Below are positions 9,463 through 17,411 of a stretch of DNA of 64,000 nt, one piece after another (positions within the stretch are counted from its first letter, which is position 1; each line of letters begins with the position of its first letter). Source of the DNA: Sumerlaeia bacterium (GTDB lineage Bacteria > Sumerlaeota > Sumerlaeia > SLMS01 > JAHLLQ01); contig JAVJSW010000031.1 in the NCBI GenBank assembly GCA_040219255.1, positions 1 through 64,000 of the forward strand, written 5' to 3'. A program made the position numbers and the translations under genes. The notes below the pieces were generated by a model. That model searched no databases and had not been told where the DNA came from. It saw nothing but the letters and a program-made list of their open reading frames with translations.

Positions 9463-9891
9463 TCACTCCTTCAGCTTCGCGGCCAACTCGCGCAGCTTCA
9501 ACTTCTGGTTCGGGACGGCCTGACGGCGCTCGATCGGAACCCGCTTTATGGAAGGCGCAGGTGAAGGTGGTGCTGCCTCATCAACCGGCGCGTCTGCGGC
9601 TTCGGGCGACTCAGGTGCATCCTTCATGGCGTCCGCATGCTCGATGATGAGAAGCCGGGGCTGGTGCCTGAGGTGATCACTTCGATCTGCTGCCGTGATC
9701 TTCCCGTACTTCTTCGTCCGGCGCTCCGCCTGCATCGTGTTGATCGCGAAGATCAGGTCTGCGCCCCAGTAGCCTGCACCGGGGAGGGAGACGAGTCCAT
9801 GGGCTCGGAGCGTGTCCAGCTTCACGCATCCCGAGAGCATGTTCATGACTTCTTCCGTCGTGTAGATGGCGTACGGGTCGATCACGTGCAT
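9463..9891 (-). CDS. putative excisionase/winged-HTH protein, copy 1
   Basis: N-terminus IYTTEEVMNML..KLDTLRAHGL resembles a Xis/MerR-like HTH. Adjacent to att; paralog at 20613..21038. Confidence 0.55.
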   Translation of the reverse strand: MHVIDPYAIYTTEEVMNMLSGCVKLDTLRAHGLVSLPGAGYWGADLIFAINTMQAERRTKKYGKITAADRSDHLRHQPRLLIIEHADAMKDAPESPEAADAPVDEAAPPSPAPSIKRVPIERRQAVPNQKLKLRELAAKLKE

Positions 9892-10069
9892 GCCATGAAG
9901 TGGCCTTCAGGGGAAATGGACCTGTTCCAGTCCGACTTGCGGGAAAGCTGGTCGGGGCTTGTTCCGACTCGGCTGTTGTTGTCAGTAGGATACGTCGTCT
10001 CGCAGGTCGAGTGTTTTTTGGTTCTTGACTGCTGAGGATGCTTGAGTTAGACCTAGTTAGTAAACGGTC

Positions 10070-10100
10070 GTTCAAGTCCTCTCCTGGGCACCATTTACAG
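10070..10100 (+). repeat. att site: tRNA (Leu-type) 3'-end duplication
   Basis: GTTCAAGTCCTCTCCTGGGCACCA = T-loop, T-stem 3' strand, acceptor strand CCTGGGC, discriminator A, CCA. The 28 bp at 10073-10100 are identical to 21219-21246. Confidence 0.88.
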
Positions 10101-10102
10101 TT

Positions 10103-11443
10103 TCAAGCAAGTGCCCCGATCTCAAAGATCTGGGCTTCGGACCCCGGAGACGCAACCTCCGGGGTCTGTCCTTTTTGTGCCAGATCGGTACGTTTCGGAC
10201 GCCCGAGAGCCTCATCGACGGCTTCGTCGATAAGAGGCACCACCTTCTCCCTGAACGCCTCAACAAGACGCCCTTTCTGCTGGTCGGCGTAGTGCCTCTC
10301 CATGATCGAGCGAGGGGCATGACCCACGTAGCGATCGACGAGGTAGACGTTCCACCGGGCCTGATCCTTCAGGCAGGTGTCCTGGAGGGTGTTCCTCAGG
10401 TCGTTGCCTGGGAGATCTCCCCGATCTGCATCCCACCGAAGAAGAGCAGAACGAAGACGCTGGCCCAGGAGGTTGTCAGGTCGGGTCGACGTTCGCTTCT
10501 CGATGCGCTGTGACACGAGGGAGAGGACCTGCTCACCGTCACGGCCACGGTCGAGACCGCGAAGATGTTCGGCCACGAGCGCGGGCATGGGAAGGCGGCG
10601 GATGGAGTAGCCGTTCTTCACGCGGTGCCCAGGCTCGTCCTGGATCGTGATCGTGCCGCCGATGAGGTCGATGTTGCCCCAGGTCAGGAAGATCGCCTCC
10701 CGCAACCGGAGCCCCATCAGGCCGCACAGGAGCGCGGCAAGCTGGAGCGACGACGCATGAGGATGGTCTTCGAGCCAGGTGTAGAAGGAGACGACCTCGG
10801 CGATCGTGAGGGCACGAGTTCCCTCGCTTTCGTCGTAGTGCCCGGACCTTCCCGCGTCCTTGCGGAGCTTGAAGGCCGCGAGCGCATGGCGGTAGTGTTC
10901 AGGGTACATCTCGGCCAGACGCAGGGAGGTCTCCCGGACAGGTTCCAGGTACCTCTTGATCGTGTTCTGCTTGAGACCACGCTCGCGAAGGTTGCCGACG
11001 TACTCGACGACATGGGAGAGACGGAGATCTTCCCAACGCAGAAGACCAGCGTCGGTCGCCCACGTGGTGAAGTATCCGGCGTTCTGCCGCTTGATCTCCA
11101 GGTACTCGTCGCCGCACTGGCTGCACCGAAGAGCCTGGGACAGGGCCTCCTCGATGCTCAGGCGAGGGTGATCGTTCGGACGCGATCCGAGACGATGATC
11201 GTCATACAGAACAGAGGCTGCCTGGAGTACCGCGTCCTCCAGGCTCTCCGCGTCAACGTAAGGACGACGGCGACAGCCAGTAGATTCCACGCCCGACAAT
11301 CGCCAGCGCACATGACCCTCCTTCGTTAGGCTGAAAACTCGGTCGCCCTTCATCTCGCGTATCCTCGTTCTTGGTCCACGCTCCTCGACGGTCCAGGGAC
11401 CTACGATGCGAGCGTGAGTGATGTGTTTCGGTCTTCGTGGCAT
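10103..11443 (-). CDS. tyrosine recombinase/integrase
   Basis: GLRLRE (R), RVKN (K), NDLRNT (HxxR variant), YVGHAP, RHY (Y). The stop codon abuts the att. Confidence 0.9.
   Translation of the reverse strand: MPRRPKHITHARIVGPWTVEERGPRTRIREMKGDRVFSLTKEGHVRWRLSGVESTGCRRRPYVDAESLEDAVLQAASVLYDDHRLGSRPNDHPRLSIEEALSQALRCSQCGDEYLEIKRQNAGYFTTWATDAGLLRWEDLRLSHVVEYVGNLRERGLKQNTIKRYLEPVRETSLRLAEMYPEHYRHALAAFKLRKDAGRSGHYDESEGTRALTIAEVVSFYTWLEDHPHASSLQLAALLCGLMGLRLREAIFLTWGNIDLIGGTITIQDEPGHRVKNGYSIRRLPMPALVAEHLRGLDRGRDGEQVLSLVSQRIEKRTSTRPDNLLGQRLRSALLRWDADRGDLPGNDLRNTLQDTCLKDQARWNVYLVDRYVGHAPRSIMERHYADQQKGRLVEAFREKVVPLIDEAVDEALGRPKRTDLAQKGQTPEVASPGSEAQIFEIGALA
10140..10176 (+). terminator. hairpin/putative terminator downstream of att, antisense within the integrase 3' end
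   Basis: GACCCCGGAG-acgcaac-CTCCGGGGTC followed by tgtccttttt. Homolog at 21286-21310. Confidence 0.55.
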
Positions 11444-11578
11444 TCGCACCACCTTTCGTGGTTGCGAGATGCACACGACGACGCTGACCCAGCGATACTC
11501 AACCATGAGCCTGCTGGAAGTCAAAACAGACGATGGACTTGCCCCGTTCAGTCGCGCCCGCGAAGCTTCACATAAGGA

Positions 11579-11824
11579 CTAAACAAAGGGCTTTTCGCCG
11601 ATGATTGCCTCCGAAGCGATCCGGCCGCCTTGCCGATCGTGTTCCACATCGCCCCGCCCTTCGGTGGCAAAGCGCTTGCGCCAAGAGATAAACGATTGAT
11701 AGCTCAGGCCTTGCTCTCGGCAGAAGGCGGCGGCCGAGAGTCCGCTCACCATCTGCTGGTCGACAGCTGCCTGCCAGTGCGTTCGCTTCGCGCCGGATAT
11801 GAAGCCGGTGGGGCTGTGTTCCAT
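11579..11824 (-). CDS. IS66 TnpA-like small HTH protein (solo)
   Basis: WQAAVDQQMVSGLSAAAFCREQGLSYQSFISWRKR pattern. No tnpB or tnpC nearby. Confidence 0.65.
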   Translation of the reverse strand: MEHSPTGFISGAKRTHWQAAVDQQMVSGLSAAAFCREQGLSYQSFISWRKRFATEGRGDVEHDRQGGRIASEAIIGEKPFV

Positions 11825-11887
11825 GACCTGCTCTCCGTGTATAAAATGAGGAGGCAGAATCGCACAGGGCCCCGGCGATGGTCAAGT

Positions 11888-11988
11888 TGTCACCGATCAA
11901 AATACCGTGACCCCCTGGTGGTCATAAGTTTGACCCCCCTCAGTGTTCAAAAGCTTGACCCGTCTGTGATCAAAAGTGTGACCCCCCT
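11888..11988 (+). mobile_element. IS21-family terminal region (orphan end)
   Basis: Starts TGTCA, with four TGACCC-core repeats at 11908, 11931, 11956 and 11979 (23-25 bp period). Confidence 0.65.
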
Positions 11989-12317
11989 TGGAGGCGCTCG
12001 GCGCGGCGAAGGAACGTGGCGTACTCCTTGGATCGAACCGACCAGGTCACTGGGACGACCGCGAAGAGCGACGCAGAGCGGGAGCTATACGAGGTGCTGC
12101 ACGTGCCGCAGAGGCTCATCGTGCCGCCGCAGCTGTTGCCTACGAAGATGTCCTGCCACTGATCCAGGAACTTCGGGAAGAAGGTCTCGGGCTCAACGCC
12201 ATTGCCAGAAGGTTGAACCAGGAAGGGATCCCCTCGCGGCGGGGTCGGAGATGGTATGGGACGACGGTGAAGCTGGTCCTTTCCCGGTCTTCGACTTCGC
12301 TTGTATCAACCGGATGA
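11988..12317 (+). pseudogene. 5'-truncated serine recombinase/resolvase
   Basis: ALGAAKERGVLLG...GLGLNAIARRLNQEGIPSRRGRRW. The catalytic N-terminal domain is absent and the remnant abuts the IS21-like end. Confidence 0.8.
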
Positions 12318-12361
12318 TATTGAGCGCGACACCTTCTGGTCGGAACTGGCCGCAGCAGCCA

Positions 12362-13576
12362 TCAAACCGCTCTCGGTTTCATCGACCATAACCAGATCAC
12401 CCCAAGAACCCCAATGCCTGCCCCCATCACCAACGAAACCTTCATGGGATCGCCGGGCAGGAGGCCTGTGGTCGTGCTGAAGACGACGAGGGTGAGGGAG
12501 AAGGCGAGGCGGCCTGCGAGACTTTGTAGGGAGAAGTAGGTGGCGCGTTGTTCCTTCTCGAAGAGCGGCGCGACGGCGGCGTTGATGGGCGCTGTCATGA
12601 GGGCCCTGGGGATGGAGCGGCTCAGCAGGAGGACCGCTACGACCCAGGACGTGACGAGGGCCATGCTGCCGATGAGGAGCGTCTGGAGTCCGGCGGCGAG
12701 GAGGAAGATGCCGCGCAGGCCGAGCCGATCTCGCAGGCGGATGCTGCGCCCGGCGAACCAGGAGGCGATGAGCATGGCGAGGGCAACGTGCAGGCCAGTC
12801 AGAAGTGGAGTTATGCCGGTGTCGGCCTCGACGGTGGCGAGCAGCCTTTCGATGTACGGCTGGTAGAACTCGTAGGGTACGTGGTTGAGGACCGTCATCA
12901 ACACGTAGAAGGCGAAGACAAAGACGATCACCGGGTGTTTGATGCGGGCGGCGACTCGCCGGGTCTGGGCGAAGAAGCCGCCAGATGGAAGCAGCTTCTT
13001 CTCCAGGGTAGCGGGCTCCTTCATGGCGAGGACAATGACGAAGGCTGCTGCCGCCGCGATGAGCGATAGCAGGTAGGCCATGCGCAGTTCGAGAAGCGCG
13101 GAGACACCGCCTCCTACAGCCCCGAGGGCTCCGGCGTAGAAGCCGAGCTTCGAGACAATCGCTTCGCGAGGGCCGTACTCCTCCTCGCGGCCAAGAGCGG
13201 CGAGCGCGTCGTAATGGAGAGATGTATCGGTCCCTGAGTTGAAGGAGAGCCCCGTCGCGAGCAGCACCTGGGCGATGGCGAAGGGCAGGAAGCTCGATGA
13301 GGCGAAGAAGAGCGCGTAGGCCGTCACGAGGGAGAGCGTGGAGATGATGAGCGTGATGCGGCGTCCGATGCGATCAGAGAAGTAGCCGGAGGGAACCTCC
13401 AGCAGCACCACACCCGCGTAGTAGATGGCTTCGAGCAGGAGCACCTGCTCCAACGGCAGGTACGTGAGGAAGAAGAGAAAGAAGACCGGCATCCAGAAGT
13501 ACGTGTTCGACAGGAACGCATACCAGGGGTAGAGGCGAACCGTGCGCTCGTGCTCCTGGCGGGTGCGGTCGTCCAT
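12362..13576 (-). CDS. MFS transporter, putative metal exporter
   Basis: EVPSGYFSDRIGRR (motif A) and many TM segments. Coupled to the repressor gene. Confidence 0.88.
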   Translation of the reverse strand: MDDRTRQEHERTVRLYPWYAFLSNTYFWMPVFFLFFLTYLPLEQVLLLEAIYYAGVVLLEVPSGYFSDRIGRRITLIISTLSLVTAYALFFASSSFLPFAIAQVLLATGLSFNSGTDTSLHYDALAALGREEEYGPREAIVSKLGFYAGALGAVGGGVSALLELRMAYLLSLIAAAAAFVIVLAMKEPATLEKKLLPSGGFFAQTRRVAARIKHPVIVFVFAFYVLMTVLNHVPYEFYQPYIERLLATVEADTGITPLLTGLHVALAMLIASWFAGRSIRLRDRLGLRGIFLLAAGLQTLLIGSMALVTSWVVAVLLLSRSIPRALMTAPINAAVAPLFEKEQRATYFSLQSLAGRLAFSLTLVVFSTTTGLLPGDPMKVSLVMGAGIGVLGVIWLWSMKPRAV

Positions 13577-13848
13577 CAGAGGTACTTGCTGATCTCGCGG
13601 ATCTCCTCAATGACCTTCTGGGCCTTGCGGAGATCACCGACAGCTTCGGGGTCCATGCAGTGCTCGATATGATCGCGCACATAAAGGTTCTTCGCGTTAC
13701 CGACGGCCTTGTGAACGGCGTGAAGCTGTTGAGAGGTGTCGAGGCAAGGCTTTCCTTCTTCGATCATCGCGATGACCTTCTCCAGATGCCCGGCGGCGCG
13801 GCGAAGGCGCTTCAGCACGTCGTCGTGGTGTTTGTGCGGCCCACTCAT
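13576..13848 (-). CDS. CsoR/RcnR-family metal-sensing repressor (NreA/InrS-like)
   Basis: HKHH..LKRLRRAAGHLEKVIAMIEEGKPC..QQLHAV..DHIEHC, with an AGGAG RBS. Confidence 0.9.
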   Translation of the reverse strand: MSGPHKHHDDVLKRLRRAAGHLEKVIAMIEEGKPCLDTSQQLHAVHKAVGNAKNLYVRDHIEHCMDPEAVGDLRKAQKVIEEIREISKYL

Positions 13849-13870
13849 GCGAACTCTCCTTGAGCCTCTG

Positions 13871-13889
13871 TATCCTGAGGGGGGGGATA
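13871..13889. promoter_or_regulatory. putative RcnR/InrS/NcrB-type operator
   Basis: TATCC-TGA-GGGGGG-GGATA: inverted ends around a G-tract, between divergent genes. Confidence 0.7.
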
Positions 13890-13976
13890 GGTTCAGCAGA
13901 TGGCAAGCGGTGCAGGGCGTCAACGCCTTCCTGCCCCCAAGCGCCATCAGAATCCTTTCCGGAGTTCCCCTTTCCG

Positions 13977-14636
13977 ATGAAACTTCTTCCGTATCTTCTC
14001 TCCACGGCACTCGTGGGCACGATGCTCGTTGGCTGCGGCCAGCAGGAGCAGGAGGCTTCCTCCGCCACCTCCGCGTCCGAACCGGCAGCGGCACCCGACA
14101 CACACACGCACTCCGACGGCAGCACCCATGCAACACACGACGAAACCGCTGCTTCTCAAGAGCAAGCTCACTCGCACGGCGGCGAGATCGTCTCCCTTGG
14201 CGAGAAGCAGGTTCTTGGCTTTACCGTCAAGGCGGAGCAAGAAGGTGCCGTAACTGCCGGACAGGAAGCGGTCTTCCTGATCGAGACGACTCCTGCCGCC
14301 GAAGCGGTTCGGCTCTGGGTTGGTGACGAGCAGGCGACGGGCTCCGTGCGGTCGAAGGCCGAGGGCGGTCCCACGAGCTTCCACTCACACGCTATGGTGC
14401 CTTCCCCGCTGACCGCAGAAGCGCAGCTCTGGGTCGAGGTGCAGAACGCCGCCGGTGAACGTGGCTCCGTCGCGTTCGATCTTGGTGGCGCGGCGGCGAG
14501 TGCTAGCCACAGCCATGGTGACGCCGAACATAGCCACGAAGGTGAAGCGGCCCACAGCCATGACGAAGTTCCCGCCCCGGCTAACGATGACCACGGTCAC
14601 AGCCACGACGACGGAGATCATGGTCACTCCCACTAA
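13977..14636 (+). CDS. His-rich lipoprotein
   Basis: Lipobox LVGC, repeated HSH motifs, C-terminal HGHSHDDGDHGHSH. Confidence 0.85.
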   Translation: MKLLPYLLSTALVGTMLVGCGQQEQEASSATSASEPAAAPDTHTHSDGSTHATHDETAASQEQAHSHGGEIVSLGEKQVLGFTVKAEQEGAVTAGQEAVFLIETTPAAEAVRLWVGDEQATGSVRSKAEGGPTSFHSHAMVPSPLTAEAQLWVEVQNAAGERGSVAFDLGGAAASASHSHGDAEHSHEGEAAHSHDEVPAPANDDHGHSHDDGDHGHSH

Positions 14637-16026
14637 ACAGCTCTTCACACTGCTCTATCCATCCCTGGCAGTCCTTCTTCTCGGTCTCTCCGGATGCGTC
14701 CGGTACACCCCGACTCCGGTTTCCGAGGAAGAGGTGCTCTCGCGCTTTGCACAGCGCTCGCTGGCGACGCCGGAGCTGACCCGATTCGCGGAGCAGATGG
14801 CCGAGGCAGAGCACCATAGCGGCGGTCACTACGATCCTGTGGACGGGCTCGCCCTCGCAGAAGCAGAGATCGCGATGCTCTTTTTCAGCCCCGAACTTGC
14901 GGCAGAGCGGGCGCGTGTCGGGATCGCTGATGCCACGGCGTCGACCGCAGGACGCCTTGATGATCCCGTCCTTTCCCTCGAAGCAACGAGGCTTCTGGAG
15001 AACGCCTCGTCTTCAGCGAATCCTTGGGACTCACGAGTAGGTCTCAGTTTCGTCATACCCGTCTCCGGCAAGCTCGGCGTCGAGAAGGACCTCGCGGAGG
15101 CCGAGGCGCAGGAAGCGCGGGCGCAGTACCTCGTAGCTCAGCGCGAGCAGCTTCAGGAGCTGCGCCATACCTGGCTGGAGTACTCGGAGGCGGCTGCTGC
15201 CGCCACGCTGTTGGAGTCTTACCTTGAAGATCTTCGGGAGATCGTTGATCTGTCTCAACGCCTAGCCGAACAAAGCGTTATCCCGCGCACAGAGGCCAGA
15301 CTTCTGCGGATCGAGCATCTCGAACGCGAAGCGGAGCACCGCCACCTTCTGGCCCGTCAGGATCTGCTTCGACGTGATGCGCTCCATCTCATCGGCGTCC
15401 CTGCCACGCCCGCCGTGGAACTCTTGCCGACCCTGGAAGCACCCGATAGCATTGAGGCAGACGAGCGCCTCCTGATCGAGCGACACCCCGCGCTGGCGGC
15501 GCTCAGGCTTCGCCTGGCCTCTACCGAACAGGCTTTTCGGCTCGAAGTGCGCCGCCAATATCCCGACCTCTCGCTCGGCCCTATCGGTGCGGAAGAGGAC
15601 GATCTCTGGCGGCTGGGGTTCGGTCTCTCGCTGCCGCTGCCCGTCTGGAATAAGAATGCCCAGGGCCTCGCCGAAGCGGAAGCCGCCCGTGATGCCGCAC
15701 GTGCCGAGTATGAAGCGGCCCTAGTTGGCGTACTTGCAGAGGTCGACCAGCTCCGGACTCGGGTCACTGCCAGCGAGGAGCGCCTCCGCTTCCTGCGTGA
15801 AGAGCTGGCGCCGGTCGTGACCGAGCAGATCGAGGAAACCCGACGCCTTGCAGAGCTGGGGAGCCTCGACATGCTCCTCCTGCGCGAGGCGCTCTCCATG
15901 AACTATGAGACAACCATCCGTCTGCTGAGCGCCCAGCGCGAAAGCGCGGAGCTGAGGTGGAGTCTGGCCAGTTATCCCTCGCCCCAACCCATCGCCCCCA
16001 TATCCGATCACGAGTTGAGCGAATGA
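14620..16026 (+). CDS. TolC-family outer membrane efflux protein
   Basis: Lipobox LSGC and QYPDLSLGP..LPLPVWNKNAQG. Paralog of 1365..2747. Confidence 0.88.
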   Translation: MVTPTKQLFTLLYPSLAVLLLGLSGCVRYTPTPVSEEEVLSRFAQRSLATPELTRFAEQMAEAEHHSGGHYDPVDGLALAEAEIAMLFFSPELAAERARVGIADATASTAGRLDDPVLSLEATRLLENASSSANPWDSRVGLSFVIPVSGKLGVEKDLAEAEAQEARAQYLVAQREQLQELRHTWLEYSEAAAAATLLESYLEDLREIVDLSQRLAEQSVIPRTEARLLRIEHLEREAEHRHLLARQDLLRRDALHLIGVPATPAVELLPTLEAPDSIEADERLLIERHPALAALRLRLASTEQAFRLEVRRQYPDLSLGPIGAEEDDLWRLGFGLSLPLPVWNKNAQGLAEAEAARDAARAEYEAALVGVLAEVDQLRTRVTASEERLRFLREELAPVVTEQIEETRRLAELGSLDMLLLREALSMNYETTIRLLSAQRESAELRWSLASYPSPQPIAPISDHELSE

Positions 16027-17411
16027 AGTTTACTCCGGCCTTCACGGCCCTCCTCTGTACCGCCTTGCTCTTAGCAGCGTGCGACCACTCACACGATCAC
16101 GCCGCGCCGATGGCGGAAGAGGAAGCTGCCCCTCCGACCAACCGCGTTGATGTACCACTCGCGGTACGCCAGAACCTTGGGATCACCTTCGCAACGGTTG
16201 AGCGACGTGCCGTTGCCGATACGGTCCGGTATCCCGGCGTCTTCGAGCTGAAGTCGACCGCTCGCAATCAGTACGTCGCCCCAGCGGCGGGGCGGGTCGA
16301 GGTGATGGTTGAGGACTACCAGCCTGTCGAGCCTGGCACAGTGCTCATCCGTGTTCACTCGCCCGCATGGTCGCGAGTGAAGGCGTCGATGAGCGAAGCT
16401 CTGCTTTCCGCCGAAGCCATGCGGGGAAGGCTTGCCGCGCATGAACGGTATCACGCCGCGCTCCAGGAGAAACTGGCTTTCTGGCGGGAGCGTCTCGCTC
16501 AACTCGAACAGCTTAGCCAGGCTGGAGGCGGGCAGCAGGCGCAACTTGCCGATGCCCGACAGAACATCGCCGCCACGGAGGCCGAGATCGCCGAGGCGGA
16601 GGAGAACCATCAGGAACTCCTCATGGAGGCTGTCCCGTTTCTCGGCGCTGAAGGGTCGGGCGAGGGCAACCCCTCCTTCGACCTCGCCCTGAACGAAGCG
16701 AGCGTCCTGCTCGGCATGAGCGAAGAAGAACTGCTGGAAGACGTGAACGGCGAGCCCCGATGGCGCACGATCGATGCGCTGGAGGTGGTTGCGACCAGCG
16801 GTGGCCGCGTCGGCCCGATCCCGGTAACCACGGGATCGCTGGTAGACAACGGATCCCTCGTCATCACCGTCACCGACCCATCGCAGCTTCGCTTTCGGGC
16901 CAAGGCTCTCCAGTCCGACCTCGCGAAACTCCAGGAAGGATCTGTCGTTCGCGTCGCTCCGCTCGACCGGAGTGCAGGAGAGACCCTCGCGGGAACGCTT
17001 GCCTTTGGCCTCGAAGCCAACTCAGCTCAGCGAACCGTCGACCTCATCATCAACCTGAACGAAACCGCCTCCGCCACCTGGGCACGTCCTGGTGTGGCGG
17101 GTGTGGCTGAAGTCGTCATCGCAGGCGGCGGTGCCATGGAACTCGCCGTTCCCGAACGCGCCGTCATCACCGATGGACTTCAGCGCGTGCTCTTCCGCCG
17201 AGCCCCTGACAACCCGAACCAGGTCATTCGGCTGGAGGCCGACGCAGGGGTGAGCGACGGTCAGTGGATCGAGATCCTCTCCGGCCTGGCCGAAGGCGAC
17301 GAGGTCGTCCTCGGCGGCATCTACGAACTCATGCTCGGTAGCTCTACCGATGGAACCCGCCAAGAAGGTGGTCACTTCCACGGTGACGGCACCTTCCACG
17401 AGGCGCACTGA
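16023..17411 (+). CDS. RND periplasmic adaptor subunit
   Basis: Lipobox LAAC, coiled-coil hairpin, WIEILSGLAEGDEVV, C-terminal GHFHGDGTFH. Confidence 0.85.
   Translation: MKFTPAFTALLCTALLLAACDHSHDHAAPMAEEEAAPPTNRVDVPLAVRQNLGITFATVERRAVADTVRYPGVFELKSTARNQYVAPAAGRVEVMVEDYQPVEPGTVLIRVHSPAWSRVKASMSEALLSAEAMRGRLAAHERYHAALQEKLAFWRERLAQLEQLSQAGGGQQAQLADARQNIAATEAEIAEAEENHQELLMEAVPFLGAEGSGEGNPSFDLALNEASVLLGMSEEELLEDVNGEPRWRTIDALEVVATSGGRVGPIPVTTGSLVDNGSLVITVTDPSQLRFRAKALQSDLAKLQEGSVVRVAPLDRSAGETLAGTLAFGLEANSAQRTVDLIINLNETASATWARPGVAGVAEVVIAGGGAMELAVPERAVITDGLQRVLFRRAPDNPNQVIRLEADAGVSDGQWIEILSGLAEGDEVVLGGIYELMLGSSTDGTRQEGGHFHGDGTFHEAH

Larger units (their letters stand above)
1..10100. mobile_element. 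Integrative element 1 (left end outside window), czc-like cargo
   Basis: Ends in the tRNA-3'-end att at 10073-10100. Shares the serine recombinase remnant and the Xis-like/att arm with element 2. Confidence 0.75.
9459..10100. repeat. ~640-bp imperfect direct repeat, copy 1 (Xis-like gene + noncoding arm + att)
   Basis: Aligns by eye along its length with 20609-21246. Confidence 0.95.

Noticed and set aside
9637-10035. Duplicated + strand 132-aa ORF (also 20784..21182)
   Set aside because: Antisense to the Xis-like gene. Its conservation follows from the DNA repeat and it has no protein-like features.
10000-10093. Intact tRNA gene
   Set aside because: Only the last ~24 nt match. No GCCCAGG 5' acceptor strand, D-arm or anticodon arm upstream. 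The same holds at 21219.
11888-11988. Mini-CRISPR or plasmid iterons
   Set aside because: Repeats are degenerate, abut without spacers and start at TGTCA. No cas or rep gene.
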